Below, one piece after another: positions 1 to 12,753 of a stretch of DNA of 64,000 nucleotides. The notes under the pieces are model-generated. The model had not been told where the DNA came from. It searched no databases and saw nothing but the letters and a program-made list of their open reading frames with translations. Source of the DNA: Dicyema japonicum (Eukaryota; Animalia; Dicyemida); NCBI GenBank assembly GCA_011109175.1, contig RDEW01000013.1, positions 289,476 through 353,475 of the forward strand, read 5' to 3'. A program made the position numbers and the translations under genes. Numbering within the stretch: position 1 is the stretch's first letter; every line of letters begins with the position of its first letter.

Positions 1-2110
1 AAATCGATGCTCTTCTTATAATTAGTACCGGAGAGTCTCTCCTGGCGTAAAGTGATAAGTATCTATCCATCACAATTAAAAGGTCTCTGTCTATGTTGTC
101 AATATCACTTCGGGAATAAGGTCCCTCCTTCCAGTTTTTGAGGTTTCTAGATATGTATCTTCTGTAGTGTTCCCAATTTAGCCATAACCTGTGAACACTG
201 ACTCCGTAGTGCCCGGAGCCAGGTTCAGTGTCATTTCTTGGTGGATGTGGTCACTCGATGTCCACATGATCATCGGTCTCCCACATAAGTGTAGAGCAGT
301 GGTGACACAAGGAACACGCCAAGCATATCTCCACCGTGATGAGAAGTGATTGGCTCTTCCGACGTCATGATCTCGAAACCAGTTTTATCACTCAATTTTC
401 TAGTCTGACCATCATCGTTAGTTCCGAGCATCCATATTTAACGTTCTTCGCGTTTAGATCTCATACCAGGACAGACATACCGTTTCCTGCAAAGAATTCT
501 TCAATATCTGTGAGCACTTTCTGAGGTCTTTTGAATACATCCTCCAACGTATATCCAAACAGCCATCAGCGCCTCAACGGAAACAAATTCACAATGTGTA
601 TTCATAATAACTTTTGGCTCACGTATCTGTAGATCATTACTGTATAATGTGGTTCCAGTACCAGCTCTGCACCTTCTACCCATGGTATTTCTATAGAATT
701 ATATTCCTGTAGCATTTTGGTGTTGGTCTTTTTCACCTTGGTCTCGTTGACCATCAGAATGTCAATCTTGGTGACGAAGGAGTAGTGCCAGGTCATGACG
801 CCTCTTCTTCAGGGATCGGGCATTCACCAGCACTATCTTCAGACTTTTTTCAATTTTCTTTTAGGTGGCCTAGATCTCCATGGCCAGGTCCACCATTCTT
901 CGTAAATCCACCCCAAGTATACCGCTTAGTTCTTTAGTTTTGATATTATTTCCTCCAGTTTTTTTGCAATTCTCCCTGGTATCTTTTCACTGGGTAGCCA
1001 GGCCGATTCTCGTGAATGAGGAGCTGGTTCATTCTTGTTAATCCTTAAGCCAATTATTCTTTTTTTCTACTTTTTTGGTTATAACATTCATCTGTTTCGG
1101 TTCCGTTCTGTTGATTCGGAGACTTAGGTTACGCCTGGCCTCCACTAGCACAGGGCATCCTCCATACTGGCACCGTGTTTTGTTGATCCGCAGTTAACGC
1201 ACTTAGGTTCAAGACCCGGGTCCGCACTGCACTTGGAGGTGTCATGCTCTCCCGCACGAGGAAGTATTTCTTCTTTCCCGTGCACTGGTATGCAAAGTGA
1301 CCGACCTGCTGACAGTTGTAGCAGATCGCGGTCCTCTTCTCATCCACTCACAGGAGATCTTGTTTGTTCCTATGTAGAAGCCACAACGTATTAGCGATGT
1401 GGCCTCCGATTTACTATTAATCGAGACCTTCGCCATTGGCACGGCTGCGATCCTCTGGACATTCGGGTAACTTTTGTAGTTGAGGGAGCCATCTCCTGGA
1501 GGTAGTCCATGAGGTCGTCCTCCTTCACCCAGAAAGATTGGTTCCTGAGGACAATCTCAGACGGTTTAATTGAAAACGCAATTCCCCAAGCTTTAAATAG
1601 CCGCGTGGCGGCATGTGGTGTTTCGTGGCTAATTGGTTGAAGTTGATGTTTTGTTCGTCTGTTCCTCCTCTCTTTTCCAAGAAGGACCAAGTTCTTCCAT
1701 TTATTTGGAATAAGTGATTGTTTATGGACAGATTGGAAATAGCAGTAATTGCGTAAATAACCATATTACCGATATGCTTCAATATAATTGGAGAAACACC
1801 ATCAGAGTCACACGGACGAAAGGCTTCATATGCATATTAGTGTTCCTGATAATTTCCGGCGAAAATAAACCAGAACACGAGGTGGGGTTAGGTCTACGGG
1901 TCATAGGAACTTCAGTCTTTGTAAGTGACCGTGAGTGAGGTCACCTCCTCATGAGTGAGTTTCTTTCCTTTACAAATCAAGTGGTATCTGAATCAATTGC
2001 CTGGTTTATGGACTTTGAGGTTGTTCGAGACACGAACCGCCTATCAGCAAATAATAAAAAAATCAGTTAAGGAATTCACAACCACGTCAATAGAAGTATA
2101 AAAAAACTTG
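1..2110 (-). mobile_element. Degenerate 5' half of a LINE: gag-like ORF1 with CCHC knuckle followed by an AP-endonuclease fragment
   Basis: ORF1-like segments EDDLMDYLQEMAPSTTKVTRM and CYNCQQVGHFAYQC (1129-1690) are followed by the APE motif IDILMVNETKVKK (602-796). Multiple frameshifts. Segment 1966-2110 recurs at ~54270-54420. Confidence 0.7.
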
Positions 2111-2129
2111 AGTGAAATTCTATAAGGTT

Positions 2130-3460
2130 ACAGTCGACTAACAACTCTAAATTATATCATATGATTATAATCACTAGTAAACTCTTCAGAACACACTAAG
2201 AAATTGTAGAATTCTTGGGAGAGTGTATTGATAGATCAGGTAAAATTATCGTTACGTCATGTTGTGTTTGGTACAGAGATTCAAAATCACGTTTTCCGAA
2301 GGAATTGAAAATAATATTTCCTCGAGGGTCAAAGATTGGAAGTAAAATCACTGTGTATGTTTGGGGTTTAAGTCAGAATATACATTGTTTTTCTGTACTT
2401 CTGACATATTGCCGTAAGCCACCGATGACTCCATGTTGATCTTCCTGGTCTGAATCGCTTTGACTTATGACAAGTATTGGTAAACTGAATTTGATATTCA
2501 ATGTTGTAATCGACAATGTTTTTCGCAAAGTGGTCAAAAGCACGATCGGCCTGAGATTTTCAATTGGACCTGCAGGTTTCCAGATTTTTGTAAAGGAAGT
2601 AGAACTCCCATCGCGATATCAATTGAGCAATGAGTCCTTAATATCTTGTTAATTATGAAAGTTCTTTTCTGCTAGCTGGGTTGGTGCGTATATTAACAAC
2701 TCCCTACAAATATTGTCATAGCCAGCTGCTCTGTTGTTATTCAGGCGAAGGACTGCTTCGCGAATCTCGGAATCTGTGAACACATTATTAAGTGAACGAG
2801 GCTGTCCTTAGAATTGTGTGAGAGGAATAGTATCCTCCCGATTGAACTGCTTGCTAAAGTGTTGGGGTGTAAGTCCAATACCAAGTGAGCGAACTCATAT
2901 TAAATTTTTAGATTGGTTTTAGCTTACCCGCGCTTGAGTAAACGCACAACCATAAACATTTTTGCACCTGAATGTAATCTTTCCACTTCCAATACTCGTT
3001 GGTTCAAAAAGTCAGACCATGATCGGAGCACACTCTTCTTAATTTCATGTTGGATTGTATTCCGCAATTTTTTAATTCGGATTTTCGTTCAGGATCACAA
3101 GTTTCAATTTGAAGTCTTATATCTCGTTGACGGATAGACAATTCATTGACTGTCGAGTTATATGCTTTTTTTGATCTTCCTTTCATAGTATTTTCGCGAA
3201 TCCCAACTGTTTCCTCGGCAGTCGTCATTATGGCTACAGAGATTCTTTTCCACACGATGTGGGGTAGGCCATCTATAGAATATTGGATAGATACTGGTCC
3301 ATTCGCTGCTGGTATCTCGTGAGGAGTGTAGGATTATTTACTAATTCTTCTCCCGCTATCATCTGTGTTATTCTGGGACATGCATGATTCGTATATAACA
3401 TTCCATAAAACCTGCTAAGATCTACTAAATGTCTTTAATAAAAGTAAATTGATTGTCTTC
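2130..3460 (-). mobile_element. Degenerate RTE-clade LINE fragment
   Basis: The minus strand encodes IREAVLRLNNNRAAGYDNI and KPAGPIENLRPIVLLTTLRKTLS, homologous to the RTE copies at 36426 and 57085. Confidence 0.72.
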
Positions 3461-3557
3461 GTATGTACGGACGTTCCGGAAATTCCTATATACTCCTCGT
3501 AAAACAAATATGAAATGTGGTGTTGCTACATACTCCTGAGAAATTATATTTATTAGA

Positions 3558-3752
3558 TGTTGTTTTAGACGAGTTATCCCTCAACGACTAACATTGAAAA
3601 TAACAATAATCATTTTAAAATAACTCCTGGTTATTTGAGCAAATCTCTCTCGCTATCTTAAGAGGGAATAGCCACGCAGTCAGGGCAGCCTCTATATAAC
3701 CGTTACTCGACTTTCTTTCTTCAATAAAATTTATTTTAAAACATTAACAACA
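3558..3752 (+). repeat. Possible solo LTR-like element
   Basis: 7-bp terminal inverted repeat TGTTGTT...AACAACA with internal TATATAA and AATAAA. No target-site duplication (TSD) found. Confidence 0.3.
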
Positions 3753-3879
3753 AATTTTCACTTTTTTTGTATTTTATTTAGACATTGATTTTGTTTTAAA
3801 TTACTTTATTTATTCTTATTAAGGATTTTTAATTTATGTGAGTAGGTTATATTCAAGGGTTTACAACAACAATTTATTA

Positions 3880-4800
3880 CCAAGAGTTAAGAAGTTTTCA
3901 GGAAGGGATTACATCTGTATCCTACCATAAAGCTTGGAATCCGCACCTAGACCCTTCCTCTTTAAAAAAATTTCAGAACGTTTTTTTTTCAGTTTTATAT
4001 ATGTGTCCTTGATCTTTGATCTCCTCAGGAAACCATTGATCCGCCACAATCTTGCTAATCGATTTAACAGATTGTCTTCGTTTTTGTTTAGATGTCTCTC
4101 AGTTTTTCATTTAAGGAAAGCTTAATTGCAGCTCTCCTTGTCTTCTCTATGAAGGAGAAAATCTTCTCCCTCTTTGAACCAGCCCTCCCACCCATAAAGT
4201 AGACTAGGGAGAATAACTCATTTGAAGATGAACAGGTCACAACTAACATGTAACGTGTAACTTTCGTGAAAAGCTATCTTCCTCCTCTCTCTTATGTCAT
4301 CCATGTAATATCCTGCGTGTCCATAGTCGACCACCAAGTAGCGCAGACTGTGTGCATTGTTTACTCCCAGTGTTTATTTTTGTTTCAAGTGCTTTTTCAC
4401 ATTGCTTATTCAGAGTGCGCATGATTTTTCAGAAGAGAGCTTTAACCCTCTCATGTTAGACCATTGCTCAATCTGGTCCACATACTCCCGGATCCTTCCT
4501 TCAGATATATAAGATTATAGAGATGTGTCCACCACAATTACGGCATTGGCATAAATAAGAAGACTAGTATTAATATTCCTCGGACGTGGAAAACTCGCCA
4601 TGATATATTAAACAAAGTAGTGCTCAATACTGAACCTTGTGGTACTCCACTCTTGAATGATATTGCATCAGATATATTTCCATACACCTTTCCTGAAGAT
4701 AATTTTTTAGTCAAACAAATATCTTGGAACACGTGCTATAAAAGCTGGTTTAACAACGCTTCATACACTGTCGAATGCTTTCGTGATATTAAGACATTTA
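3880..4800 (-). mobile_element. Degenerate LINE RT/C-terminal remnant
   Basis: KSGVPQGSVLSTTLFNI (4538-4732). The downstream region resembles the LINE at 52844-54060. Confidence 0.65.
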
Positions 4801-5286
4801 AGTTTATTTTCTGAGAATAGGATTTTTTCTAAAAAAATAAATTTTGCAGTTGTATAATTGAAATATTGATTTAAAATACAATCAAAATTGGGTCAATGCA
4901 GTAACAATATCATGACCTATAATTTGACAAAAGTGGAATTTCAGGATTGGATCTGTTACGTCAGACTCTAAATCATAGAAAAAGTGGAAGAGTTTAGTTC
5001 ACCACGATTTTATAAATATTAAATTTATTTGTTCCAATAAATAAAAGTTTAGTTAAGATAATATTTTAGGGTAAGCTTTTTGATACTTGAGGACATCTTA
5101 AGGTTTTTGGATCTTAGGGTAGTAAATCTTAAACGCTAAAATTCGATCAAAAGACTCTAAAAAAGATATCGTCTAAAATGTGTTACTATGTTAAATTAAT
5201 TTTTTAAATATTAGTTAAATTAATTTTATATTCGTGGTGTTCTTTTAATGATTGGAGTTGGTCGATCCTACAAAAATGAAATATTA

Positions 5287-7910
5287 TTACTCAAGCCATA
5301 TTCGGTTAAAATACGTATTAGCAAGATGTTTCCTTTTCTTTTTCTCTAGTAAAACAGCTTTGGGATATCAGGGACCAAAATATCAATTAACTTTTGAATC
5401 GAAAATATAACTTTCTGTTATTTTTCAAATAAAATTTAAACCTCAAAAATAATGATGAAGGCCAATTTTATTGCGAGTATTTTCCAATAATAAATAGTGT
5501 GAAGTCCGTTTTGATCTCTGAATCCGTGATATCTTAAAGAATAGCTATTGTGCTATACCTGCAACTGTTTCCATCAGAATCAACATATGTCGATGTAGTA
5601 AAGTTGATGAAACCCTTCATATCACTCCTAAAGCTATCTTGTAGACAACTCTTTCCAGAAAAGTGGAGTAAAAGCAATCAGCGCTGCCTAAATGTAATTT
5701 TATTTAACTAACATTGATAAAAACACTAATTTTGACTAAAACGGTCAGAATTTCGTACCAAATACCGATATTCTTACACCTTGTTCCCACCATTCGTCGA
5801 TAATAGCTAACAAATTTAATGGCGTCTATTCTAATTTCAAAAATGTTGTTAATCAGAAAACAGGGTAAAAGAGGAAACGCTATTGAAAATAAAACGATAG
5901 ACCAACTGCAGAACTACCAGTGAATAAAAATCAAACCCATTGAAGATATTCGTCCACCAATCCGGGATTCTCAAAAGGAGAAATCTCTTTCCCATGGCTT
6001 TGTATTTGCTTAGGACTAGTGGTCGTTTTAGTTTTTTTTTATGTATCTAAGTATTATTTAAATCTATACGGAATTAAAATCTTAATATTATTAAAGATAT
6101 GTGTCCCCAAGACTATAACCCCAAGTTGAATCCCCAGATCATACATACACCCACTTTCACTACACTTTGACCTTAAAATTGATTATTCACCTGTTCAAGT
6201 CTCGTGTCAAATATTTTGTTGTAATTTCCCGGATAACCTGAAAATCTTGAGTGTTATCTTTAATATAGTACCTTCCCTTAAAAAAGGCAATGTACATAAG
6301 GGGGGGAAAAATTGACAAATTGGAAAATAAAGACTTTGATTGCAAAATGATTTTCAAAATGTATTTGAGTTTTGTGCATTTCTATATATAAATTACAGTT
6401 ACCCCATTCTGTTAATTTTCGTGCAAATTTTTTATACAAAAATCCCAGTATTTAATGATTATAAAACTCAGGGAACTTCCAGTGATAGAAGCGATAAGCC
6501 TTGACCAAATTTTGCTTTCGTTTTTATAGATTAGTTTAGAAACTATGCTTCTATAGACCACCACGGAAATTGCGAAATTATGGCCACAAGGACTAGGAAT
6601 TGTTATTATTTCTGACCATCGATATAGAACTGAAAAGATATTATTTTTCGTAAAACTAATTTTGAAAATTTTATATATGGTTCAAGTATGTCGGTCACTT
6701 GTTTTTTAATTTATTTTTGCTTAGCTGCATATTGGGGTCGTATTTTTTTCTAAAATGATAGGATTTACAACATGATCACTATCGAGCATTCCACATCCCC
6801 ATGTTGCATTATCATGCTCTTTCGCTTCCAAAATTCAAGAAATACAATCGCTAAAGTAAACATTGTTGTTACCCCAAATGGAAATAAAAACAGAGTAGCC
6901 AACAGATCCGTTGTTATCAAAAAAGTAACCAACTTTGTTCTCTAAACAGTAATTTTTTAGTTTCCAATGAGAGCAATTTCGCATATAGAGCACATGGTGT
7001 CATTACTAGTACAATATTCGTAACTACAACGAGACCATTGATTACATTAAATCTGAGTATTTCAGAGATACACCTCCGTAAATGAACACTATAACCCCAC
7101 TAACTGCTGCCACTGCTAAATATACTGTGTAGAATCCTTTAAATAACATAAATTCACCAAGCCACGAAAAATACATTCCAACTGCTCGCCAAAATAATTG
7201 CATACAATGTCGATAGGTTGGGGAGATAGATCTTTCCAAAATTCGCCAATTCTCTTCAGACACCCTCGCAAGGAAAGATTGTATGCTCAACGTATATAAA
7301 TTTTTATTACGTCGTGTAATGGATAAGCGGCTTCGAATACCTTCTTTTCTATTAATCCAGAAATTCCCACTTCTGATAATCGTTTGGGTTTGTCTTGCAC
7401 TCACAAAGTATTTCCCAGGCAACCCTTTGACGTTGCATTGGAGAAAAAAAACTGTCTTGGTTATCAATTCCTTCATATCTAATATACTATAAGCGAATGA
7501 CCTTTTACGATTTTGATCAACAAAGAAAATTTTGATGTAATTATTTACTTTCTGGGATTTGTTTAAAAGTCTCCGATACAATGTTTTTCGTTCGATTCCT
7601 TGTTCAACCTAAATATGCAAGTCGTGAACTTTGATGGTTGCTAACAGTTTCATTAATTCTGCATATTTGCATAATAAATCAAATGGAATAAACAGTTTAA
7701 CAAAATTTTTTCCAAATTCAGATGTTTCCTTGAATTATACTAAATTTACATTTTCTATCTCAACTCCTAAATTAATTAATTCCCTCAGAAAAAAGATTAT
7801 AATTTCACTATTTTCTTCTTTATTATAAACAAGCACAAAATCTAGGATTATCAGAGATTATTACCAATTATTCTCTTTCCGTCATTAAAGTATGATAGCT
7901 GTTGTCCATT
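5287..7910 (-). CDS. ANO: Anoctamin/TMEM16 family protein, multi-exon; start approximate; apparent 1-nt frameshifts
   Basis: Spliced motifs YFNDGKRII|DFVLVY, GMYFSWL|GFYTVYLAVAAVSG (21-nt intron 7137-7157), NNIFEIRIDAIKF, YWKILAIKLAFIIIFE and LVPDIP match TMEM16 consensus segments. Confidence 0.9.
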
Positions 7911-8026
7911 TATTTTAATTCATAATGACAATTAAGTATTATATTATTATTATTAATATTATTATTATTATTATTGAATCAGAAAACCACCGTCATAACC
8001 AAAACATACAAATTCAGATGATCCCG

Positions 8027-10557
8027 GCTTATTGGTTGAACAGGTCACCTGGTTCTTGAATTATTGTCTATTTCACACATATACCATCTTCTGATCTCAA
8101 AGGCTCGTTTATGACCTTTTGTGTGGAGATTGGAATGCTAAAGTGGGACACTGTCTATGGAGAGAACCCTATATGGGTAGACATGCCAGGGGGAAAAGGA
8201 ATATGTCAGGAGAATCGTTCGTGCAATTTTGTAACATGCTTGACTACTTAATATGTAATTCTGCATTCGATCACAATGCGAGGCATAAGACATTGTGGAC
8301 TGGACTCAGAAAGAATGGAAATGGTGACTATGTCCGGATATACAACCAGATTGATCATGTTATGTTAAAAGATCTCTTCGTGCTTTACTAAAGACTCCCG
8401 GAGCTATGGAGGTACCATCACTTATAGTGATCATAAACTTTTCAGAATGAAATGATATTTCGGAATAGATGGAGCTAGAAAGAATAGAGCTTATCTGGAT
8501 CGTTGTGGAAAAATTATGTTTATGTGAGAAGACGCGTGAAGATTATTGTATGGCAATTAAGAGGGAGATCCCCCAGAGATGATTTGGAATGCTACTGTTG
8601 ATGGAAATAAAGAAGGCAGTTTCGATGTGCTTGGGAAAAAAGGCCGGCAGATTTAAAGGGGTCTTCGATCACGAAATTAGATGAGAATGGAATCATGTAC
8701 AAATAATAATACTTACAACGAGTTAAGAAGAGAAAGAAATCGCATTGTCAAGGAGATTAGAAGGAAGAAGAAGAAATTTATGTCAAGAAAATTGACGAAC
8801 GTGTCAGTGAAATTGAAAAGTAGGGAAACGGAACGCAAATGTTTCGAGCAGTTCGCCTTTTGGAGAGGAGAGTTCAACCTACAAATATCTGTATTCACGA
8901 CAGCCAAGGGAGGAATGTTTTGGACAATAAAGAAAAGACTGAGATTATTGCCGAACATTTTTCAGGACTTTTAAACGGAAATGAAATTTCAAATTTGGAG
9001 CCATTTGAGAAATCACCAAGAAGCCTGCATCTACCGATCTCTACTGAAGAAACTAACTTGGCAATCAAAAAATTAAACAACAACAGGGCAGCTGGACCAG
9101 ACAACATACACGGAGAAATGATCAAATACGCACCATGCGAATTGGCAATCGTTATTTCAAAAATCTCCAAAATGGTATTTGAGACACACTGGCTTTGAAA
9201 CTCGGTGATGGAATATTGATCCCTCTGCATAAACCAGGAAAGAACAAGGGACCGAAAAAATCTAAGACCTGTGATACTACTGCGAAAATTGAGAAAGATA
9301 CTATCCCTGATGACCCTTAGTCGGATATCTTCTGATGTTTATTAATTTTTGTCGCTGGGACAGAGTGGGTTCAGAAAGGGACACTCGTCCACAGATGCTG
9401 TTTGGTCCCACAGGTGGATATGTGCCATGTGTCAACAATACAGGAGTGATTTTGGGAGTGGACATGTCCAGTGCGGTTGACACTGTCAACAGAAAAACAT
9501 TGTTGGACGTTGCTGGGAGTTTTCTTGATAAGGACAACACAAGACTTGTCCGTTTCCTATCATCAAACACTGAATTAACTGTACAAGTTGGGAACACAAC
9601 ATCGAAGCCTTTCGGGACAACAGTTGGAATACCTCAGGGAGACTCTATCTCCGGTTCTATCCGTTATATTTGGAAGCGGCATTGAGAGCTCTTAGAACAA
9701 AATGTGAAGGATACATGTTGATGGAGATTATATATGCAGATGACATAGATTTTGTGTCAGAAAATGATCTGGAACTTGGACTTGCTTTAGAGAAAATCCC
9801 TGGAGAATTAAAGAATTGGTATCTGCGAGTAAGTCAGGAAAAGACTGAACACATAAGAATCACAAGGGAATTAAAAATATTGATGAAAAATGGAGGAAAA
9901 AAGGAAATTGGATCCTTACTTAGTAATAGTGAGGACATGATGTATAGAAGAGTTCTAGCCACTGCCATGTATAAGAAAATGCAGAAGATATGGAGTCGAC
10001 AAAAACTAATAAAAACAAATTTAAGAATAAGACTATACAACACATATATAAAGCCGGTGCTTGTGCATAACTCGGGTACATGGGGGACACAGAGATAAAG
10101 CTCAAGAAAATGGATATATTTTATCGAAAACAATTACGCAATTTGATGGGCGTAGGTTGGCCCATGAAGATTTCAAATATGAAATTATACTCTGTCGCAC
10201 AATCGAAGCCAATAAGCATCGACATTATTTAATCAAGTGGAGACTATTTGGGCACGTGCTTAGAATGGACATAAATGACCTGGCAGATATAATAATGGAC
10301 AATTACTTTAACAATGAGAACAAGCCATCGTTCAGAGGAAGACCCAGACTCACTCTACCCGTGGCTCTGAACAAGGATCTTAATGGAATTGGAAGAAATC
10401 TTAAATTTGCAGAAGACCTAGATCTAAGGACAGATGCACAAAGCAGAGGGCGATAGAGACGCCTAGTGAAGCAAATTTCCAAACGTGTTGCACAAACGTG
10501 ACCTTAGTTAATATAACGTTCTTTGGTTCTGTGAAAGTGCTTTTAATAACAATAATA
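8027..10557 (+). mobile_element. 5'-truncated RTE-clade LINE with 11-bp TSD
   Basis: APE (GDWNAKVG, NQIDH), RT (GIPQGDS, YADD) and WRLFGHVLR. The 3' end is GAAAGTGCTTTTAATAACAATAAT. TSD AGATGATCCCG lies at 8016-8026 and 10558-10568. Confidence 0.9.
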
Positions 10558-10799
10558 AGATGATCCCGTCCTCTCTCAACAGTCTTCGCATCTTTTCTCG
10601 GTGTTCCGACTGCGTTCCTGCGCATTTCCGATATGGACGGGGTCAGCATACTCGAGTCCTTCGCAGGGGCACTGTTCCACTTGCCTCTATCATATTTTCA
10701 AGGTTCTGGATTTCCCCGCGGGAAGATTTCCTTGTAGGTTTGCTGCCTTCACTCGAATGTGGCAGATCTTGTCCAAATTCGTTGCAACAAGGTTAGATC

Positions 10800-11136
10800 T
10801 GATGAAACCCTTCATATCACTCCTAAAGCTTATCTGTAGACAACTCTTAAAGTGGAGGTAAAAGCAATCAGCGCTGCCTAAATGTAATTTTATTTAACTA
10901 ACATTGATAAAAAACACTAATTTTGACTAAAATGTTCAGAATTTCGTACCAAATTCCGATATTCTTACACCTTGTTCCCACCATTCGTCGATAAAAACTA
11001 ACAAATTTAATGGCGTCTATTCTAATTTCAAAAATGTTGTTAATCAAAGAAAACAAGGGTAAAAGAGGAAACGCTATTGAAAATAAAACGATTAGACCAA
11101 ACTGCAAAACTACCAGTGAATAAAAGTCAAACTCCA
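10800..11136 (-). pseudogene. Duplicated intron-containing anoctamin fragment
   Basis: High similarity to 5605-5939. Encodes QFGLIVLFSIAFPLLPLFSLINNIFEIRIDAIKF and retains the 25-nt intron. Confidence 0.9.
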
Positions 11137-11429
11137 GATATTACATGCCTATCCTATTGTAGCCTCAATGAACATCCACTCAGATCTTTTTTGTCTCTTA
11201 GGTTTCCCAAGTACGCCATCAGAAAGTTGATTTTCCTCGTACAAGTCAATAACATATTTTCGACATGTTTTGTAAAGGTTAAGGTGTCAAAGGTAACTCC
11301 TAGGAATTTCTGGAATTTGTTTTGCGGGATATTTTTCCCATCCAGTGTGACGTCAATCGATACTTTCCCTAGTCTTCTGTTTGTCGTGAATAGGGTCAAC
11401 AATGACTTCTCCGGGCTATTATTGTTATG

Positions 11430-12050
11430 TTAACCATCATTGCTCTTCCACACTCCACTGGAGGGGTTTCCACAACTGCATGTAATGGACGTCTTACCCT
11501 TTATGCTGATTCCGAATGGACTCTGTTTCTGTAGAAGTGGAAACTGGATAATTAGTTGGTTACTTTAACTTCTTTCTCGGTGTATCCGGGGTTAATAAAT
11601 AATCATCAATCATTATTATAAAATTACTCCAAAATAACTAATTTAAATAACAAAAGTATATTAATAATTAATAAAATATGACCACATCTCTACAAAGCAA
11701 TCAGAAGACTAATTGGTTGAGGATTTCTTTGCTTTGTCTGTTTCTTCTCTTCACTTTCTTACTAGAGTCGCTTCATGTGATCCACCTGTCTCAGGTGGCA
11801 CTCAGTGACAGGCTCACACGAAAAAGGATCATTTGTTCTCCCCCACTCCACTGGAGGGGTTTCCAAAATTGCTTGGAATGGACGTTTTTTACCTTTATGG
11901 TCGTTCCGGATGGACTTGTATGACTTTGAAGGACTTTGCTAATAAAGTTGTTAAAGTTATAAGTTAAAGATATGTAGACCTCTTTAACCTCTTTACTTTC
12001 TTGCAAAAAATTTCTACATTGTTTCATAACGGATGTAATACATCGTCTTC
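11430..12050 (-). repeat. Two copies of a LINE C-terminus/hairpin-rich 3' UTR family
   Basis: Shared motifs GGAAACCCCTCCAGTGGAGTG and CCACCTGAGACAGGTGG...CTCTAGT. Related copies at 15050, 16270, 21100 and 26180-26480. Confidence 0.75.
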
Positions 12051-12753
12051 CTCCTTCTATGAATGGACAAAATGACGGAATCAGGAAGCATCGTATACTT
12101 TATGTTTGAACTAAAAAACGTTCCGCATCCTCTTTAGCTGATAGCTTGAAAGAGCTTACAGCCAACATGGTAGATGCTATGATGGTAGGCAGTGATAAAA
12201 CTAAGACTTATTTCAGGAGGGGTCTGTTAATGATAGACAAAGTTTACAGAATGAGAAACCCTCAGTATTACGAGGACATGTCTTTAATGGGTTTTGGGTA
12301 TCAATTTTCATTGATAGTATAAATTTGAATTAGTTTAGCAGGTGTTTTGCCGTTCTAATTGATTTGAAGATTTATCGCTTGAAATAAATTAAGTGGCCTT
12401 GATTTGACCTATTTTTAGATAAATTGCCTCTTTTGGCAATTTCTTTATTATAATCAGTGAAGCGTAGACAATTAATTGAATTTTCGATTTTGTTTTATTA
12501 TTTTTATTTCCGATTAAAAACAATTTATCAAATAAATTCTGACAGTGAATGACAAGTACTTTTATAGCTTGTCTGCATTCGTAGCTTATTTTAATCTGTT
12601 TGGATATGTTTAATCAAATTTATTCAAAGAAACCGCTCATGGATTATATTATCGACTTTTTCGATTCAATCGTCGATAATTATCATTAAATTTGTCTCGC
12701 TATAAATCGCATTGACGTTTGATTTATATTAAGTCGCGAGGCGCCAGATTTAA

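Larger units (their letters stand above)
7935..11430 (-). mobile_element. 5'-truncated LINE (family whose ORF ends GII*/GIT*) interrupted by an RTE and an anoctamin fragment
   Basis: RT C-terminal part (FLGVTFD...ACNIW|SNLVATNLDKICHI...EDGII*) and (TAA)n tail at ~7935-7975. The sequence is contiguous once 8027-10557 and 10800-11136 are removed. Confidence 0.75.

Noticed and set aside
1129-1347. CCHC knuckle as a Ty3/gypsy gag
   Set aside because: It is followed by AP-endonuclease motifs, not protease, so it is a LINE ORF1.
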